From Octopus bimaculoides (Eukaryota): a DNA stretch of 35,471 bases. The stretch is from the NCBI RefSeq assembly GCF_001194135.2, contig NC_068997.1:3347465-3382935 (forward strand). Direction: 5' to 3'. Positions 1-10,124 of the stretch are shown here, piece after piece; positions within the stretch are counted from its first letter, which is position 1; each line of letters begins with the position of its first letter. A program made the position numbers and the translations under genes. The notes beneath the pieces are model-generated. The model searched no databases. It had not been told where the DNA came from and worked only from the letters and a program-made list of their open reading frames with translations.

Positions 1-553
1 ACATCCACTCAGTTTATGGGAAAGAATGCTTGAATGAAAGAACTTGCAGAAGATGGTTTGCAAAATTCAAAAGTGGAGATTTCAGCCTTGAAGATGAAGA
101 TCAAACAGCTGAGTTTCATGATAAGCTCCTTGAGGCATTACTTGAAGAAAATCCTTCATTATCATTTCAAGAATTGGCAATAACACTTAGCTCAAACCAT
201 ACAACTATTCATCGATAGCTGTCGAACGTATCACGTTATCTGGTGGTCGCGGTGCTGGAGTTAGTGGGGATTTATCTCCCCGCTAGCGATATAAATAACC
301 GAGCATGTTGCACCAAAAGCCAGTATGAGAGTTTCTCTCATGGTATCGACCACTGCATAGTTTGTTCTTGCAGAACATCCACGTTTAAGCAGGCATACAT
401 ATAATGTTGTACAGAAAATCAAGGACCTTATTCCCCCGCCCTTCATCTGATCACTTCTGCCGGAATACCATCGATACAAGGAATTCTTCCATTCTTAGTC
501 TTATGTAAAGTAATTCTTGCTTCATAGAAAATAAGTGAGTCGGTAACATACCG
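1..553 (+). mobile_element. Degenerate mariner transposon (HTH region plus eroded DDD region and 3' end)
   Basis: Frame from nt 3 reads IHSVYGKECLNERTCRRWFAKFKSGDFSLEDED...LLEALLEENPSLSFQELAITLSSNHTTIHR, a mariner/SETMAR-type HTH. Eroded remnants of the PHPPYSPDL region near 400-470 and a KEFFHS* C-terminus near 478-498. The 3' end near 553 is approximate. Confidence 0.8.
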
Positions 554-661
554 TTTTATTGCAATTTTGTGAATGAGTTCGAAAATAGGGACCAATCGAT
601 GCTTGATGAGGAAATTAGGAAGTCAAAAGAATATTATTGCCACCTTCAGCGATAGGAAGAA

Positions 662-697
<36 letters not shown>

Positions 698-844
698 TGC
701 GCATTTATGTGGATAAGTATAATCTTTGTGTGTGCAAGTGTGTACGCACAAACGCACTCTTATACACAGACACATAAGTGCATATAATAGGAAAAAACGA
801 GACGTTGAGATAGATGGAAATGAAGTTGCTAATTGGTAGAGTAG

Positions 845-875
845 CACAGAGAGAGAGATCAGGGAAAGAAAGAAA

Positions 876-926
<51 letters not shown>

Positions 927-1052
927 GCAGACAGACAGACAGGCAAGCAGACAGTTAGACAGACAGAAACAGACAAACAGACAAACAGATAGAGAGAGAG
1001 AAAGGGGTGGAGTGAGAAAGAGGGGTAGAGCGACAGATAAATCGAGACAGAG
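845..1052. repeat. Compound (GA)n/(GACA)n microsatellite
   Basis: Directly visible purine-rich di- and tetranucleotide repeats. Confidence 0.95.
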
Positions 1053-1632
1053 AAAGACGGAGTAATTGAGAGTGAGTGAGAAAGAATGGGTTCTGTGTAA
1101 AGTTTTAGTCTCCCCCTCCCCCTTATTCTCCTTCGATACTTCTTCCTAAATCAATGAAGATAGCTTTTACATGAGACAGCATAGAAACCCTTACAGAAGT
1201 CAAAAACATGTCACACACTATTTGGTAGAAATAATAGCTAAACCTCCGTCAACTAACACTGTCATTTTTTTGGTTTTGGTTTTGTTTGTTTTTCTAAGTA
1301 GAAAAATATTAAAATAGGCGATGTATGCCCCATCTGCTTCTTTAATTCATATGTGAAAGAATAAAGATTTCACGGTGTACTTATGCCATAAAATTTTCCG
1401 TTCTTGCAGGGGAAGTAACTCCGTAACAATGCTTCTTTGTTATCTCCCGTGATAATTCAATATAACTCGAGTAAATTTACCCGAGATGTGTATAATTCTA
1501 TACAACTGTCTATTAGACCAAGTTACAACATATATGATAGGTGCAGGTGTACTAGTGACTTGGGATAATGTTATCCTTGTGGGGAAAGGTTCGAAACCGG
1601 TGGCTGAAAATGTGGGGAAATATTTTATACTT

Positions 1633-1882
1633 GACGCAGATGTGGCTGTGTGGTAAGAATCTTGCTTCCCAACGACATGGTTCCGGGTTCATTCTTACTG
1701 CGTGAGGCCTTCGGCAAGAGTCTTCTCCTATAGCCTCGGGCCAACAAAAGCCTTGTGAGTGGTTTTGCAGAACGGAAAGTTGCCAGAAGCCCGTCGTGTA
1801 TGTATATATGTATATACGTAGGTACTGTAAATTTCAGAGGTAATATTTGATAAGTGTAAGCACCTGTATATGCCGGATTACG

Positions 1883-1931
<49 letters not shown>

Positions 1932-2140
1932 TGTGAGTGTTTGTGCTTGTGTTCGTCCCCACTACCGTCGCTTCACAACCGATGTTGGTGTGTTTACGTT
2001 CCCGTAACATAGCGGTTTGGCAAAGAGGGCGATAGAATAAGTACTAGGCTTACAAAGAATAAGTCCTTGGATCGACTCGTTCGATTAACGGGGGTGCTCC
2101 AGCATGGCTGTAGTCAGATGACTGAAACAAGTAAAAGAAA
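1633..2140 (+). mobile_element. Bipartite tRNA-derived SINE (family A): head, internal microsatellite, tail
   Basis: Head with A-box-like TGGCTGTGTGGTAAG and B-box-like GGTTCA (1633-1796), TA/CA spacer, tail 1931-2140 ending GACTGAAACAAGTAAAAGAAAA. Homologous to copies at 2457, 4991, 7150, 16945 and 23722 in this window. Confidence 0.9.
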
Positions 2141-2456
2141 ATCCAAAACAAATCTGATAAGGTAAACCTGCCCTTTTTTACCCATGGATTTCCTTTCGAA
2201 TCGGGTTAATTTCGACTAAATTCATTTTACATGTTTTAAAGTTCTCTCCCCTTTTTTGTGGCAAATTCACGTTCAATATTGCCGCTGCGTTATTCTATTT
2301 CAANNNNNNNNNNTTCCTTCCCCCTCCCAAAAAGAAAAGCTCTACATTGTATTTGTCCCATCTTCGATGAGCCCTGTGTGGCTAATAAAAGAAATGTATC
2401 TATCTATCTAACTACTTATCTATCTGTCTATCTGTCTATCTGTCTATCTGTCTACC

Positions 2457-2803
2457 TATTCTTTTATTCTCCATGCTGGAGCACCGCCTTAAACTGTTTT
2501 AGTCAAACAAATCGACCCCAGGATTTATTCTGTGTAAGTTTAGTAGTTATTCTATCGTTTCTTTTTTGCCGAAACGCTAACTTACGGGGTTATAAACACA
2601 CCAGCATCGGTTGTCAAGCGATGGTGGGGGAGACAAATACAGACACAAAAACACACACATAAATATATATACATATATATCCACTCACAAGGCTCTGGTC
2701 GAGCCGAAGCTATAGTAGAAGTCCCATCCCCAAGGTGCCACGCAGTGGGACTAAATCCGGAACCATGCGGTTGGGAAGCAAACTTACCATTCAGCTACGT
2801 GCA
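2457..2803 (-). mobile_element. Family A SINE copy with internal deletions
   Basis: Reverse complement of the tail (CCATGCTGGAGCACCGCC...ATCGGTTGTCAAGCGATGG) and head (CCACTCACAAGGC...AAGGTGCCACGCAGTGGGACT) of the copy at 1633. Confidence 0.9.
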
Positions 2804-3310
2804 CGCGCGTGTGTGAATGCGCACATACATAAACACTTACATACATATACATACACACATACAACATATGTTCAAACGTAGGGGCAGGTAATTGGGGAAT
2901 TGTGTTGCTTCTCTGTTGTCATTACATTAGGCTATTAAGGCTGCTACCCCCAAAAGAAGCTGTTTTGTTGTGCCGTTGGTTATTGCTGTTGCTGCTGCTA
3001 CTGCTGCTGCTGTTGTTGCTGATGCTGATGCTTTTGCTCTCGATCATGTTCCTAAAGAGCTTCCGTCTCTTAATTCCAGTTTAAATGGTGGAATGGTTTC
3101 CATACTTTCCTGAATCGAAATTTGGGACTTCGCAGGGAAGAGTTCGATAATGAAGATTGTGCTGCCGCCAAGTTTGGTTAAAAAATTTCTATTCATATAG
3201 TACAAGTTTCCACGTTAACCAATTGCTCTACTGGAAGCAGCTCAATCTCCTAAAAATAACAGCCAAATCAGCAACGTTTCTATATTAAAAGTCATCATCA
3301 AACATATGCG

Positions 3311-3629
3311 GCATCACCCTAGATAGAGATACGGAGATAAAACAATTTGCACCTCAGGGTAGTTATAGGTACCTGGGGATATATGAAGGAGATGGGATTA
3401 GCCACTCACCAATGAGAAAATGGATAAAGAAGGAGTGCTACTGAAGAGTAAAAACCATTCTGAAAGCCTAATTGAATGCTAAACACAAAATTGAGGCCAT
3501 AAACATACTGGCCATGCCTGTATATCGCATACAACTTCAATATTATAAACTTCTCCCCTCTATGTTTAGCCCCCTGTGGGCAATAAAGAAATAAATATTA
3601 TAAACTGCTCTCTCTCTCTCTCTTTCTCT

Positions 3630-3668
<39 letters not shown>

Positions 3669-3708
3669 CCCCTCNNNNNNNNNNNNNNNNNNNNNNNNNN
3701 NNNNNNNN

Positions 3709-3764
<56 letters not shown>

Positions 3765-3850
3765 ATTAACAGGGTTGATGTGTCAAAATAGGAAAGCTCA
3801 TGACAATGCATCATATGCATCACCCAAAAGCAGACACTGACCGAATATAC
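3311..3850 (+). mobile_element. R4/Dong-clade non-LTR retrotransposon RT/thumb fragment, interrupted
   Basis: GITLDRDTEIKQFAPQGSYRYLGIYEGDGISHSPMRKWIKKECY*RVKTILKA*LNAKHKIEAINILAMPV...NIIN, resuming after a (CT)n tract as SEINRVD..KLMTMHHMHHPKADTDRIYVK. Matches the YKYLG, AINTLAVPV and HPKADVDRLY motifs of R4/Dong RTs. Confidence 0.85.
3608..3761. repeat. (CT)n microsatellite containing an assembly gap
   Basis: Directly visible; gap at 3675-3708. Confidence 0.95.
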
Positions 3851-4020
3851 GTTAAAGGTTCCTCGTGGAAAAACCCACAAAAGCCATGGGTACCTGATCG
3901 ACAGAGTAAGGATCCTTCACCTTTAATATTCTTTTGTTTTAATAATAATAAATATTGATGTTGCCCTTTTATGAGTTGCCATTGTTAACTAAAATGAAGT
4001 CGAACATTAGACTCACCCCC

Positions 4021-4200
4021 TCACCTAGTTTGGCAGAACCACCTGGCACCTTGGTTGCCTTTAAAGGAGAACACTATGTTGCAAGCACTCAGATCAGGGC
4101 TCACATTTGAGTGTATTACACATTCCTTCCTTCCAGCAATCTCAGAATGTCTATAAACCGTCTTGGCAACTGAGTGCTGTCTTCCCTGAATAAAGTTTAA
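4021..4200 (-). mobile_element. Degenerate mariner DDD-domain fragment
   Basis: QHSVAKTVYRHSEIAGRKECVIHSNVSPDLSACNIVFSFKGNQGARWF aligns by eye to mariner PHVAKTV..L...GWEVLPHPPYSPDLAPCDFFLF..LK..LKGRRF. Confidence 0.55.
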
Positions 4201-4229
4201 AAGTAAAAAAAAAAATAAAGCGCGTTTGA

Positions 4230-4620
4230 GCTGAGAATCGAAAACGTACGAATGGATCAATTTACCGAAATTTTATCTCCTAGCCATAAACCACCCACCC
4301 CAATTGTCTTAACGTTTGCCTCCATTGTCCTCTTATTTATTGATTTTATTCTCGTTTACAAGATTTCATTTCGTGATTTTTCTTTTAATAATATTTTTAT
4401 TGAATTTATTTTATTTTATTTCATTTTACATTTTACTTTTCATATTGACCGTAATATCATAAGATTGTAATACTTTCGAATTGGTTCTCTTCTCATTTTT
4501 ATTTTATTTCATTTCATTCCTGTTTTTTTTTGTTTTTTTTGTTTTTTGGCGACGAAATATATTTAGATTTATTCAGTAGCTGAAGAATTATATATTTGGA
4601 ATTTCCATAATATCGCTACC
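4230..4620 (+). mobile_element. Possible Penelope-like 3' remnant (GIY-YIG C-terminus plus AT-rich 3' region)
   Basis: ESKTYEWINLPKFYLLAINHP resembles the E..WI..L.T..P.GLN end of PLE endonucleases. It is followed by a decayed hammerhead-like motif at 4576-4619. Confidence 0.3.
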
Positions 4621-5156
4621 AATATATTCTTTAAAATATTCTTTTGTAATTTTGAATGCGAAACCAACTCGATATATTCTATCAAAAATAATTTCTATAC
4701 TTTATTTTATTCTGTATTTCCGTTTTTATTCTTATTTTTTATAAATTTATTTATTTATATTTCAATTTGCCATTCCGTCAGTAATGACTACCTTAAAGTC
4801 GCCCACAGTCTGTTTGTCTCATTGTGTGTTCACCAAAAATATTATCTTCTTTACATTACTGAGAAAGGACCTGTATCTTAAGAGAAGGGGTAGGTGTAGT
4901 GTTGTGGAGTTCATGTTTTTCTAAAGCAGTGCTCCGAAAACTGAACATGGAAACTCAGGGTTTAAAAGAACAGCTCTTTTTATTTGTTTTTATCTTTTAC
5001 TTGTTTTAGTCATTTGACTGCAGCCATCTTTTAGTCGAACAAATCAACCCCAGATCAACTCGACAAACACAGACACAAAGATACACACTCACACATAGAT
5101 ACATGCATACATACATACATGCGTCCGTGTGTGTGTGTGTGTGTGTATGTGTGTGT

Positions 5157-5406
5157 GAAGAAGGTAAAAAAGAGAGAAAATAGAAAGCTTCTGACAATGT
5201 GGTAAGTTTCACAAAACCTTTATATTTCAGGCGCAAAGGCCCATCTTCAGAAGAAAACCTGTCAGAAAAATATGTAGTTATGCCGGTTCAGTTAACAGAA
5301 CCTGCATAACTAGACATTTCTCGGACAGAAATTTAGAGGTTTTATAAAACTTTCTGCATCGTCACAAGCTTTCTATTTTCTCTCTTTTTTTTTTTTTACC
5401 TTCTTC
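5157..5406. mobile_element. 250-bp foldback (inverted-repeat) element, probably a PLE pseudo-LTR remnant
   Basis: GAAGAAGGTAAAAAAGAGAGAAAATAGAAAGCTT at 5157 pairs with AAGCTTTCTATTTTCTCTCTTTTTTTTTTTTTACCTTCTTC ending at 5406. Pairing continues inward to a GTTAAC centre (5291-5296). The left arm carries an extra ~30 nt holding most of a hammerhead core. Confidence 0.8.
5217..5254 (-). ncRNA. Minimal type I hammerhead ribozyme motif
   Basis: Minus strand UCUU-CUGAAGA-U-GGGC-CUUUGC-GCCU-GAAA-UAU-A-AAGG: both core boxes, 4-bp stem II, palindromic AUAU stem III, UA cleavage site, 4-bp stem I. Confidence 0.75.
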
Positions 5407-5452
5407 GATATTACAATGCTTGAAGCGAACTTCAACGCCCTTATATATATAC

Positions 5453-5457
5453 AAACA

Positions 5458-5499
<42 letters not shown>

Positions 5500-5500
5500 C

Positions 5501-5587
<87 letters not shown>
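5453..5587. repeat. (CA)n/(TA)n microsatellite (SINE spacer)
   Basis: Directly visible. Confidence 0.95.
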
Positions 5588-5705
5588 CGACGGTCTTCTT
5601 TCAGTTTCCGTCGATAAGATCCACTCACAAGGCTTTGGTTGGCCCAAGACTATCGTAGAAGACACCTGCTGAACGTGTTCATTCAACTTTTTTTTTTATT
5701 TTAAA

Positions 5706-5890
5706 TTTGCCACAAGGACAGCAGTTTGAAAGGGAGGGGTTTAATCGATGATATCGATCCCAGTATGTAACGTCTTCTTTATTTTATCAAGTCCGAAAGA
5801 ACGAAAACAGAATTAACCTCGGCGGGATTTGGAGTCAGTGGGTAGAAAGCCGGAAGAAAATACCGCGTAGCATCTCTTTCGATGATCTGA
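5706..5890 (-). mobile_element. tRNA-derived SINE (family B), degenerate
   Basis: ATCGATCCCAGT...TTTTATCAAGTCCGAAAG...ACCTCGGCGGGATTTGGAGTCAG...AATACCGC; homologous to copies at 9437, 17770 and 19106. Confidence 0.7.
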
Positions 5891-6026
5891 TGAGGGATGC
5901 AATAAATAATGCGGTGTTGGATACACTGCATGCGAATATACGGTGTGTTAGTCACAGCTGGAACGCCTTTGACCGTAGTTGTACCATAGTTGTTGAGGGT
6001 GTTGTTATCATGTCTGACACTAAACT

Positions 6027-6150
6027 TCACCACCACCGACACCAACATCGCCAATACCATCCCCACCAACACCATCACCACCAACACTATCATCACCAAC
6101 ACCATCACCATTACCACTACTATCACCAGTAACAACAACAACAATAACAA
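6027..6150. repeat. Degenerate (CAC/CAT/CAA)n trinucleotide tract
   Basis: Directly visible; explains the His-rich ORF 5890-6132. Confidence 0.9.
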
Positions 6151-6559
6151 TAAATAGAATAAGACTAAGTAAAACTAAATATAATCTGTAATATATTTTT
6201 AGATACTTGTTTCATTTTCTTTTACTTCTTTTCCGTCCACTTCGGATCAAGTTGTAAAACTCACCGAGTCACCTGAAAAATGTCATATCAGATTACTACA
6301 TATCACCGCAATAGATCAATATTCCATCTGTTTCAGACATGTCTAGGCTGAAAATAAAATACCAACCCACAACACCGTTTAGTGAATAGTTATAATTTTG
6401 AATTTTACCAACGTTTATTCTCGTCTGTAGAGCTGACAAAATATAAACAAATATTTACATCCAGAATAAGTTTTGATGTGTTTGATCTCTACTCGACATC
6501 AGATGTCTTATTCTTGGATATAAACGCATTACCAGAATCGATAAAAATTGGTCGTCTTT

Positions 6560-6870
6560 ATAGCTGGAGGTAGAGGGCTCAATGTTGTTGTCGTTGTTGC
6601 CAGTCCTAACTCATCATAAAGCAAATACCATCATGAATGATATCCAGACTGTAGTGGAGAAGGCTAACAACTAGATTTGGTTAAATACAGACGATGAGCA
6701 ATGGCGAGAAAAATATTGAGTGAAACCTAAGTAACCAGCTGATCTAGCAAGCGAGGCTTCATCTCAGTGAGAGAGTGGGCCGTGGTGCAATAATGCCGTC
6801 GAAAGGAAGGGCCCGAAACGGTGTGCATTCTCTTCTGATGACCCCCACAAACTTGCTAGCATCCGGTATG
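6560..6870 (+). mobile_element. Probable 3' end of an RLE-type (HERO/NeSL-like) non-LTR retrotransposon
   Basis: LEVEGS.LLSLLPVL...IMNDIQTVVEKANN*IWLNTDDEQW resembles the C-terminal EVG.RGF...I.EAAEKAS.WIWL.R...W motif of HERO-like elements. A GC-richer structured putative 3' UTR follows. Confidence 0.5.
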
Positions 6871-7149
6871 AGGAGCTTTCAACTGATAACGTTTGCAACT
6901 GCAAGTTGTTTTTAAAAAATGTGATATCTACATTGCATTTCGGTCGGTTTCATCTCCTCGTCATCAAGAGTACTACTACTGCACCTACATACATTAATAA
7001 CATCCTAGATCTCTTTAAAGTGTATATTTAAAATATTTACATCTACAATAGTTTTCAGTCAGTTTGACTTCAGATCGTTATGTACTTATTTTCGAATGTC
7101 TACACATCAACGAAAAAGATGAGAAAAAATTGACCCTAATACTTATTTT

Positions 7150-7590
<441 letters not shown>

Positions 7591-7825
7591 GTATTCGAAA
7601 TATTTTCATGTACATTACGTCCCGATCGTCATCAAATTTATTTCTTGAAATGTCAATAGTTCCATACTGGATAGAATGAAAGACATTTGTTCATAATCTC
7701 TCATACACCCTAAACATGTCCGAAGCTAGTGGCTTTGTCGATAATAAATTTATTATCCTTAGTTAAGAAAGAAACATTTCTAGTTCGAACCTTGTCATGT
7801 GCTATGTACACAACCATGAATTCAA

Positions 7826-7867
7826 CACCTGAAGACGATAGTGAATCATTCCAATCGAAATGTAGTG
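7826..7867 (+). ncRNA. Candidate minimal type I hammerhead ribozyme motif
   Basis: CAC-CUGAAGA-C-GAUAGUGAAU-C-AUUCCAAUC-GAAA-UGU-A-GUG: intact core boxes, imperfect long stem II, AUGU stem III (CpG-decayed ACGU), 3-bp stem I. Confidence 0.5.
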
Positions 7868-8213
7868 CAGATGCAAATATTGAAAATAAAAATATGTTTA
7901 ATTTTTGTAGGTGAGTATGAATATTAAAATATTTATAAGCTCAAAACTAAAAACTAATTTCAAATATTTACATCTTCAAATATATTTAATATAATAGCAT
8001 ATCAATGTAATTCAAATATATTTGGTCTTAGGGATTGTGGCTGGCCGACAGGATAAGGGGTAGAAGACAATTTGCCAAGAGGTCAGTGAGGTCAGTGAAT
8101 CGCTTACTGCCTTGTACTGTTGAAAACAGGATATTTAACTGTGTAACCAGGTACCAGTCGCTAACAACATGGTCTGTCTGTGGAATTTAAAATCAAAACA
8201 GCCTCTCTAGATA

Positions 8214-8250
<37 letters not shown>

Positions 8251-8252
8251 TA

Positions 8253-8468
8253 TACGAGGGAGTGCTGAAAAGTCCCTGGCTTTAAGGGTATCGCAGAGGG
8301 CTTGGTTGGAGGCCCAGCCTTCCGAGTTCTCTTATCGGGCTTAGACAAACTGAAGGACTGCTGCAGTGAGTGTCTGAATCTGAGAGGTAATATGTTGAAT
8401 AAAATACTAATTAACTGATCCTCCCGTATTTCCTTTTACCCAAAACCAGGATCTTATCAGCACCCGCC

Positions 8469-8472
<4 letters not shown>
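8253..8472 (+). mobile_element. Non-autonomous mariner element (MITE)
   Basis: TIR TACGAGGGAGTGCTGAAAAGTCCCTGGCTT after a TA, versus AAACCAGGATCTTATCAGCACCCGCC at the right end. The interior retains an eroded transposase C-terminus (GLDKLKDCCS...N...YVE*). Confidence 0.75.
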
Positions 8473-8503
<31 letters not shown>

Positions 8504-9050
8504 NNNNNNNNNNNNNNNNNNNNNNNNNNNNNNNNNNNNNNNNNNNNNNNNNNNNNNNNNNNNNNNNNNNNNNNNNNNNNNNNNNNNNNNNNNNNNNNNN
8601 NNNNNNNNNNNNNNNNNNNNNNNNNNNNNNNNNNNNNNNNNNNNNNNNNNNNNNNNNNNNNNNNNNNNNNNNNNNNNNNNNNNNNNNNNNNNNNNNNNNN
8701 NNNNNNNNNNNNNNNNNNNNNNNNNNNNNNNNNNNNNNNNNNNNNNNNNNNNNNNNNNNNNNNNNNNNNNNNNNNNNNNNNNNNNNNNNNNNNNNNNNNN
8801 NNNNNNNNNNNNNNNNNNNNNNNNNNNNNNNNNNNNNNNNNNNNNNNNNNNNNNNNNNNNNNNNNNNNNNNNNNNNNNNNNNNNNNNNNNNNNNNNNNNN
8901 NNNNNNNNNNNNNNNNNNNNNNNNNNNNNNNNNNNNNNNNNNNNNNNNNNNNNNNNNNNNNNNNNNNNNNNNNNNNNNNNNNNNNNNNNNNNNNNNNNNN
9001 NNNNNNNNNNNNNNNNNNNNNNNNNNNNNNNNNNNNNNNNNNNNNNNNNN

Positions 9051-9330
9051 NATCGTCAATCCATCTGAGTGGTACTCCGAGTGGTCGTTCCTCTCATTCA
9101 CGCACCATTCGATGACTGCAAGGGTCCACCGGTTAACGGTGCACCATGTGGCATGTCCAGCCCATCTGATTTTAATCAATTGGTATTCGGTGATAACGTC
9201 CGCCACTCCGCTTCTTTCACTCATCTGCTCGTTTTGGATGTGATCTCTCGAAGAGATTCCCAGCATCAGTCTTTCAATGGCTTTTTGTGCCGTTACTGGT
9301 TACTCTGTAACTTCTGAAATACAAAATTTT
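9051..9330 (-). mobile_element. RTE-clade LINE, RT C-terminal fragment
   Basis: AQKAIERLMLGISSRDHIQNEQMSERSGVADVITEYQLIKIRWAGHATWCTVNRWTLAVIEW matches the RTE motif MERSMLG.SLRD.IRNE.IR.RSGV.D......K.RWAGHVAR..DNRWT. Truncated by a gap. Confidence 0.9.
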
Positions 9331-9436
9331 GTCAAAAACGCTAAGAGTAAACCCTGTTCTATGGGACACATTCTACCAGTATCGGAAGCTTAAAAGCATT
9401 TAGTTAAAAAAAAAAATTGATTGAATAATCCATACG

Positions 9437-9540
9437 TCAAAGTCGACCTCGGCGAAATTTGAACTCAAAATGTAAAGACACGAAATACTGGTAAACATTT
9501 CGTCCGGCGCGTTAACGCTTCTGCCAGCGTGCCGTCTCCG
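9437..9540 (-). mobile_element. Family B SINE head
   Basis: CAAAGTCGACCTCGGCGAAATTTGAACTCA...CATTTCGTCCGGCGCGTTAACGCTTCTGCCAGC; B-box-like GAGTTCAAAT on the minus strand. Confidence 0.85.
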
Positions 9541-10090
9541 GAAGGGAAAATAAATTATTTTAGAAATATATTCTTTATCTTATTGCTTAAGCGTTACTTC
9601 TTATTGCCTTACTTACTGATATAAAATTTCGTAATATTTTACCTCATAACTGTTTTTCTACTAATTTTTGTTTAATGTGAGTAACGATTCTGAATTCCTC
9701 ATGCATTTTTGTATCATTTAAGCCTAAGAAAGTATACTTTTGATTTAAAATTTTAAAAATTATGTTAATTGAAGATGAATACCTACCTTATTGCCCACTA
9801 GAGGTCTGACATATTTTGATGTAACTTTTTTTCTACTGATCCAAATCTCAAACTATTTGTAATTTAGTTGAGAACTGAATTAGTGGTGAAGCTTGGAATC
9901 TGCTGCGATTGACGAAATGGTGGACTTAAGAATATATACAACCACTACCGTGGTTGAATGATATGTATGTATGTATGTATGTATGTGTGTATGTGTGTGT
10001 GTGTGTGTGTGTATGTGTGGGTGTATGTGTGTGTGTAGACATGTGTATAAAAATATATATCTTTATATATATATACACACGCGCGTGCAT

Positions 10091-10124
<34 letters not shown>

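Larger units (their letters stand above)
4991..5670 (-). mobile_element. Family A SINE (tail 4991-5100, truncated head 5585-5670) split by a nested foldback insertion
   Basis: Tail CTTTTACTTGTTTTAGTCATTTGACTGCAGCCAT and head TACGACGGTCTTCTTTCAGTTTCCGTC...CCACTCACAAGGCTTTGG are in the same orientation, separated by microsatellites and the 5157-5406 element. Confidence 0.75.

Noticed and set aside
1633-1700. tRNA-like A/B boxes, as tRNA genes
   Set aside because: No cloverleaf; they are heads of multicopy SINEs.
5890-6132. His/Gln-rich ORF
   Set aside because: Degenerate CAC/CAT/CAA trinucleotide tract.
7729-7914. ORF ending at a strong splice donor, as a host coding exon
   Set aside because: No recognisable protein similarity and no partner exons found. 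The hammerhead-like and recursive-site readings are reported instead.
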